Below, piece after piece: positions 60,775-64,000 of a DNA stretch of 64,000 bases. The notes below the pieces were generated by a model. The model made no database searches. It saw only the letters and a list, made by a program, of their open reading frames with translations, and had not been told where the DNA came from. Position 1 is the stretch's first letter, and each line of letters begins with the position of its first letter. Made by a program: the position numbers and the translations under genes. Source of the DNA: Pyrobaculum sp. (GTDB lineage: Archaea > Thermoproteota > Thermoprotei > Thermoproteales > Thermoproteaceae); the NCBI GenBank assembly GCA_046293555.1, contig JBKBOT010000003.1, forward strand, positions 23,431-87,430, written 5' to 3'.

Positions 60775-61524
60775 GTGAGGGTAGCTATAGGCCAGACCCC
60801 CAGGTTTGGAGACCTTCACTCCGCGGTAGGGTGGCTCCTCGAGAGGGTCTCTCCGGCAGATCTGTTGGTCCTCCCGGAGTATTGGATCGGCACAACTCCC
60901 CTAAGCGGGGGGGAGTTCAGGCAATATATATCCCTCCTCTCTAAAGTCGCCGAGAGGACAGGCGGCGTGGTGGTAGGCGGCGCCGTGGTTGTAGAAACCG
61001 GCGGCGTGGTGAAAAACATGTGCCCAGTGGTGGGAAACGCCGGCGTTTTGACTTACGGCGAGAAGATCTTCCCCTCTGCCGCCACGGGGGAGAGGGGGCG
61101 GGTAGCCGGCGGGGAAAAACTGGCGTTATTTAGGGTAGACAGCTGGAAGGTGGGCTGTATTGTATGTATAGACCTGCTCTACCCAGAGCTCGTGAGGAAA
61201 ATAGCCACCGCGGGGGCCGAGGTGGTGGTAAACCCCGCCAGCATTACTGCCGACAGGAAGAACCTCTGGGAGTCCGTGGGGCTTGTGAGAGCTTTTGAGA
61301 ACTCCATATATGTGATCTCCGCGGTGGGTACTGGCTACAGCTATCCGGACGGACGGCCTGTAGAGGGGGGCTCCTACGTGGCCTCCCCCAACGGCGAGGT
61401 GCAAAACTTCGGCTCTGCCCCCGGCATATTTTACGCCACGCTTAGACGGGAGGAGGTGGAGTACGCCAGGGCTAGGAGAAGATATTTAGAAGACCTAAGC
61501 CGATTGGGACATGTCAAGATATAA
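60775..61524 (+). CDS. Carbon-nitrogen hydrolase (nitrilase superfamily)
   Basis: LVLPE, EK, VCIDLLYPE (E-K-C triad), RAFEN; GTG start at 60775. Confidence 0.9.
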   Translation: MRVAIGQTPRFGDLHSAVGWLLERVSPADLLVLPEYWIGTTPLSGGEFRQYISLLSKVAERTGGVVVGGAVVVETGGVVKNMCPVVGNAGVLTYGEKIFPSAATGERGRVAGGEKLALFRVDSWKVGCIVCIDLLYPELVRKIATAGAEVVVNPASITADRKNLWESVGLVRAFENSIYVISAVGTGYSYPDGRPVEGGSYVASPNGEVQNFGSAPGIFYATLRREEVEYARARRRYLEDLSRLGHVKI

Positions 61525-62014
61525 CACGGTCTGTCTAAAGCCCGTCGGCGTAGTGGAGGTGGGCCTCCCCCGCAGCGGCGAGGTGGATAAATATAGCTAC
61601 GTCTCCACAATACGTATCTTTGACGAATATGTAGAAGGACTTACGGGCCTTGAGGAATATAGCCACGCCCACATCCTTTGGTACTTCCACGAGGCGCCAC
61701 AGCCTAGGCTCAAGTTAAGGCCGTGGAAGAGAGAAGACATGCCGGAAGTGGGGATTTTCGCCACCAGATTTCCCCATAGGCCTAACCCCCTCGCCTTGAC
61801 AATTGTAAAAATTGTAGAAATAGAGCCGCCACGTCTCAGGGTAATGGGGCTAGACGCCTGGAGCGGAAGCCCCGTGTTAGACATAAAGCCATACGACCAC
61901 CTAGACGTGGTAAATCAGTTCAAGGTGCCAGACTGGTTCGAGGAGTTTCTTAAAGAAAAGAAATCCGCCCTACCCACATGGCTTGGGCCATGGCGTCCAA
62001 GACGCGATATATAG
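61511..62014 (+). CDS. tsaA: tRNA m6t6A37 methyltransferase TrmO/TsaA
   Basis: LKPVG, GLEEYSH..ILWYFH, GIFATRFPHRPNP, GLDA..GSPVLDIKPY. Confidence 0.92.
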   Translation: MSRYNTVCLKPVGVVEVGLPRSGEVDKYSYVSTIRIFDEYVEGLTGLEEYSHAHILWYFHEAPQPRLKLRPWKREDMPEVGIFATRFPHRPNPLALTIVKIVEIEPPRLRVMGLDAWSGSPVLDIKPYDHLDVVNQFKVPDWFEEFLKEKKSALPTWLGPWRPRRDI

Positions 62015-63495
62015 CAATCGCCGCGGCCGCCGCCCTCATCCTCCTTTTTTACCTAGCGGGCCACAAGACGGCAGAACCTCAAACGGTTGGGTTAGACAGA
62101 GTGGCGACAGACGGCAGACTTCTCGCCTTTGTTCTCGACGGCAGGACATACGTGATAGATGTGGGGAGGCGTTCTCTCCTGTCCACAATACCCACCGACG
62201 CCGTTGGGGTCTTCCTGTGGGGAGGCAGACTCGCCGCCATTTCACTCACGCCAGACGGCACCGCTGTATATATCTACAACAACCTCACGGCGCCGGCGTT
62301 AATAGGCGCAAGGTCTTACCCCGGCAGACTCTCTGGGGCGTGGCTGTCAGACGGCGTGGTCTATCTCGTCACAGCCGCCGGTGAGGTTGTGCATGTAGCC
62401 GCAGTAGACCTCGCGGCGGGTAGAGACAGGGAGGTATCTATCCCCACAGCCCTAAGTCCCCTCGTTGTGTACAACCCCCAGACCCATATGGGGCGCCAGG
62501 GGCTATATGTGGCCTCCATGAGGTCGGGCTATGAGGAGGCTTGGGCCAAGGGGCTTGAGGCCGTCGCCAGACACGTCTCTGGAGATATAGCCGAGGCGAT
62601 CTACACGGCGATAAGAAGAAAAGACCTCCTACGGCCCATAGCTGGCCTAGAGCCAGAGGGGGCACGTGCGGCGGCAGAGGCCGCGCGGGGAGAGCTAAGA
62701 GACAGGGCCTTTAGAGACTTCACAGTAATCCACGTGGTGGACAAGAGCCTGAGATATAGGGGCCACGTGGAGGTGCCAGGCCTTGTGGCGTCTATAGAAG
62801 AGGTGGGGGACCTCCTCGTGGTTGTAGCCACAGAGACTAACTACACCGCCCAAATCCACCGCGGCGAGACAGAGATATACGTCCGGCCGTCGCCAGCCGG
62901 CAGACATGTCAACATATATCTCATCTCTATCCCAAGTCTAGAAGTTAGATCTCTCACAGGTCTGGCCAAGGGGGAGGTAGCCCGTGCCGCCAGAACTACA
63001 GCCGGCGTGATTTACCTATCTACAGAAAACACGCTCTATGCGATAAATCTAACAAACCTAAAGGTGTTAGGCAGCTTGAAGACACATAGCTACCGCCATC
63101 TTTATCCACTCTCAAAAGACTTCTTACTCGCCGTGGGGGATGAGGTGAGGAAGCTAGAAGAAGGGGAGGGGCGGTGGGTGGCGGAGTGGAGCCTAAAGAT
63201 CACACTTCTCGACGTGAGAAACCCAGAGAAAATATCTGAAAGAGCCCACGTGACGTTTGTACGTGGCGGCACCACCGGCGGCATGGCCTTATGTCAAAAC
63301 AACACGCTACTAATACCCGTCACCACTGTTGACGGCGTGGCGGCAATAGAGATAAGACACATGAGAGTTAAGACAGTGCTAAAGAGAGCCAACAGGGCTG
63401 TGTGTATAGAAGACACAATATACGCAATCTCTAGAGACTCCATAAAGATATACGACAGCACGCTAAAAGAGGTAGCCACAATACGTCTAACATAA
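61990..63495 (+). CDS. Secreted or membrane-anchored beta-propeller domain protein
   Basis: N-terminal signal/TM helix; GHVEVPG, HLYPLSKDFLLAVG and LKITLLDVRNP as in the Beta_propel family. Confidence 0.78.
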   Translation: MASKTRYIAIAAAAALILLFYLAGHKTAEPQTVGLDRVATDGRLLAFVLDGRTYVIDVGRRSLLSTIPTDAVGVFLWGGRLAAISLTPDGTAVYIYNNLTAPALIGARSYPGRLSGAWLSDGVVYLVTAAGEVVHVAAVDLAAGRDREVSIPTALSPLVVYNPQTHMGRQGLYVASMRSGYEEAWAKGLEAVARHVSGDIAEAIYTAIRRKDLLRPIAGLEPEGARAAAEAARGELRDRAFRDFTVIHVVDKSLRYRGHVEVPGLVASIEEVGDLLVVVATETNYTAQIHRGETEIYVRPSPAGRHVNIYLISIPSLEVRSLTGLAKGEVARAARTTAGVIYLSTENTLYAINLTNLKVLGSLKTHSYRHLYPLSKDFLLAVGDEVRKLEEGEGRWVAEWSLKITLLDVRNPEKISERAHVTFVRGGTTGGMALCQNNTLLIPVTTVDGVAAIEIRHMRVKTVLKRANRAVCIEDTIYAISRDSIKIYDSTLKEVATIRLT

Positions 63496-63525
63496 CCCCC
63501 CGTCGAGAGACGGCAGTCTACGCGC

Positions 63526-63540
63526 GAAAAGGATATAAAG
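63526..63540 (+). promoter_or_regulatory. BRE/TATA promoter of tRNA-Gln
   Basis: GAAAAGGATATAAAG 20-35 nt upstream of the tRNA. Confidence 0.6.
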
Positions 63541-63559
63541 CCACCTGTTGGAAATGTCG

Positions 63560-63647
63560 AGCCCGGTCGTCTAGCGGCCAAAGGAAACCCGGCTTGGGAT
63601 GCGGGGCTCTGGACCCCGTGGCCCGGGTTCGAATCCCGGCCGGGCTA
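63560..63647 (+). tRNA. tRNA-Gln(CUG) with a 15-nt non-canonical D-arm intron (63582-63596)
   Basis: AGCCCGG/CCGGGCT acceptor (A1-U72), anticodon CTG; removing AGGAAACCCGGCTTG restores a 73-nt cloverleaf. Confidence 0.93.
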
Positions 63648-64000
63648 CTACGGCCTAAGCCCAGGCGCGCTAATGATAAAACTTACTTCTTTACACCTTA
63701 TGAACAGCCCCCACTCGCTACGCCCAATAACCACGCCAATACCCTCACCAACATCACTCACCCTTAACCACCCGCTAGCAAGACCAGGCATCCCAATCCC
63801 AACTCTAAACGCCGTCTTACCCTCCCACTTGAACCAATTCTTTTCGCAGTTAGACACGTCGTAATTCTCGACAACATGAAGCCCAGTCCACATAGACAGA
63901 TGCGTGCCATTGTAGACAAACCCCATGTTACCCACAGCTTTAAGCAATAGATAAGCAGATCCGAAGATAAGCCCAAAGAGAAAGAGTGCAAGAAGTGAAA
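63648..64000 (-). CDS. Membrane-anchored hypothetical protein, 3' part (start beyond the right edge)
   Basis: The frame stays open to the edge: SLLALFLFGLIFGSAYLLLKAVGN...; stop TAG abuts the tRNA 3' end. Confidence 0.65.
   Translation of the reverse strand, partial: SLLALFLFGLIFGSAYLLLKAVGNMGFVYNGTHLSMWTGLHVVENYDVSNCEKNWFKWEGKTAFRVGIGMPGLASGWLRVSDVGEGIGVVIGRSEWGLFIRCKEVSFIISAPGLRP

Overview
Core-genome segment of a hyperthermophilic crenarchaeon of the Thermoproteaceae, very probably Pyrobaculum. The assignment is inferred from unsplit RpoB with split RpoA1/A2, dense overlapping genes, many GTG and leaderless starts about 25 nt after TATA boxes, BHB tRNA introns (one non-canonical) and CCA-less tRNA genes. 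Left to right, the window holds: the 5' part of a CDC48 ATPase, aEF1-beta, tRNA-Ser(CGA) and housekeeping genes; a ~15.8 kb minus-strand run (carS, A-ATPase F/E/A, rpoH/B/A1/A2, L30e, nusA, S12, rpoD, L18e, L13, S9, rpoN, Lsm, MAT); a Grs/Gms-like B12 radical SAM enzyme; radA; UDG; an MFS transporter; a complex-I-like cluster (nuoJKMLN ... nuoIHA, nuoBD) with 2-oxoacid:ferredoxin oxidoreductase genes inserted, no nuoC/E/F/G, and a divergent AOR; TyrRS; several small hypothetical genes; tRNA-Pro(GGG) followed by a C/D-box sRNA; and tRNA-Gln(CUG), whose 3' end abuts possibly foreign DNA at the window edge. The most interesting items are the POR/complex-I hybrid operon with an unknown 89-aa protein, a CdvA-like PRC-barrel/coiled-coil protein in a lineage thought to lack Cdv, a 190-nt self-complementary intergenic element, a RimK ligase coupled to a LysW-like Zn-ribbon protein, two C/D sRNAs and an unlisted 56-aa Zn-ribbon gene. 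No CRISPR array or transposase was seen. All product calls come from recalled motifs; no database searches were run.
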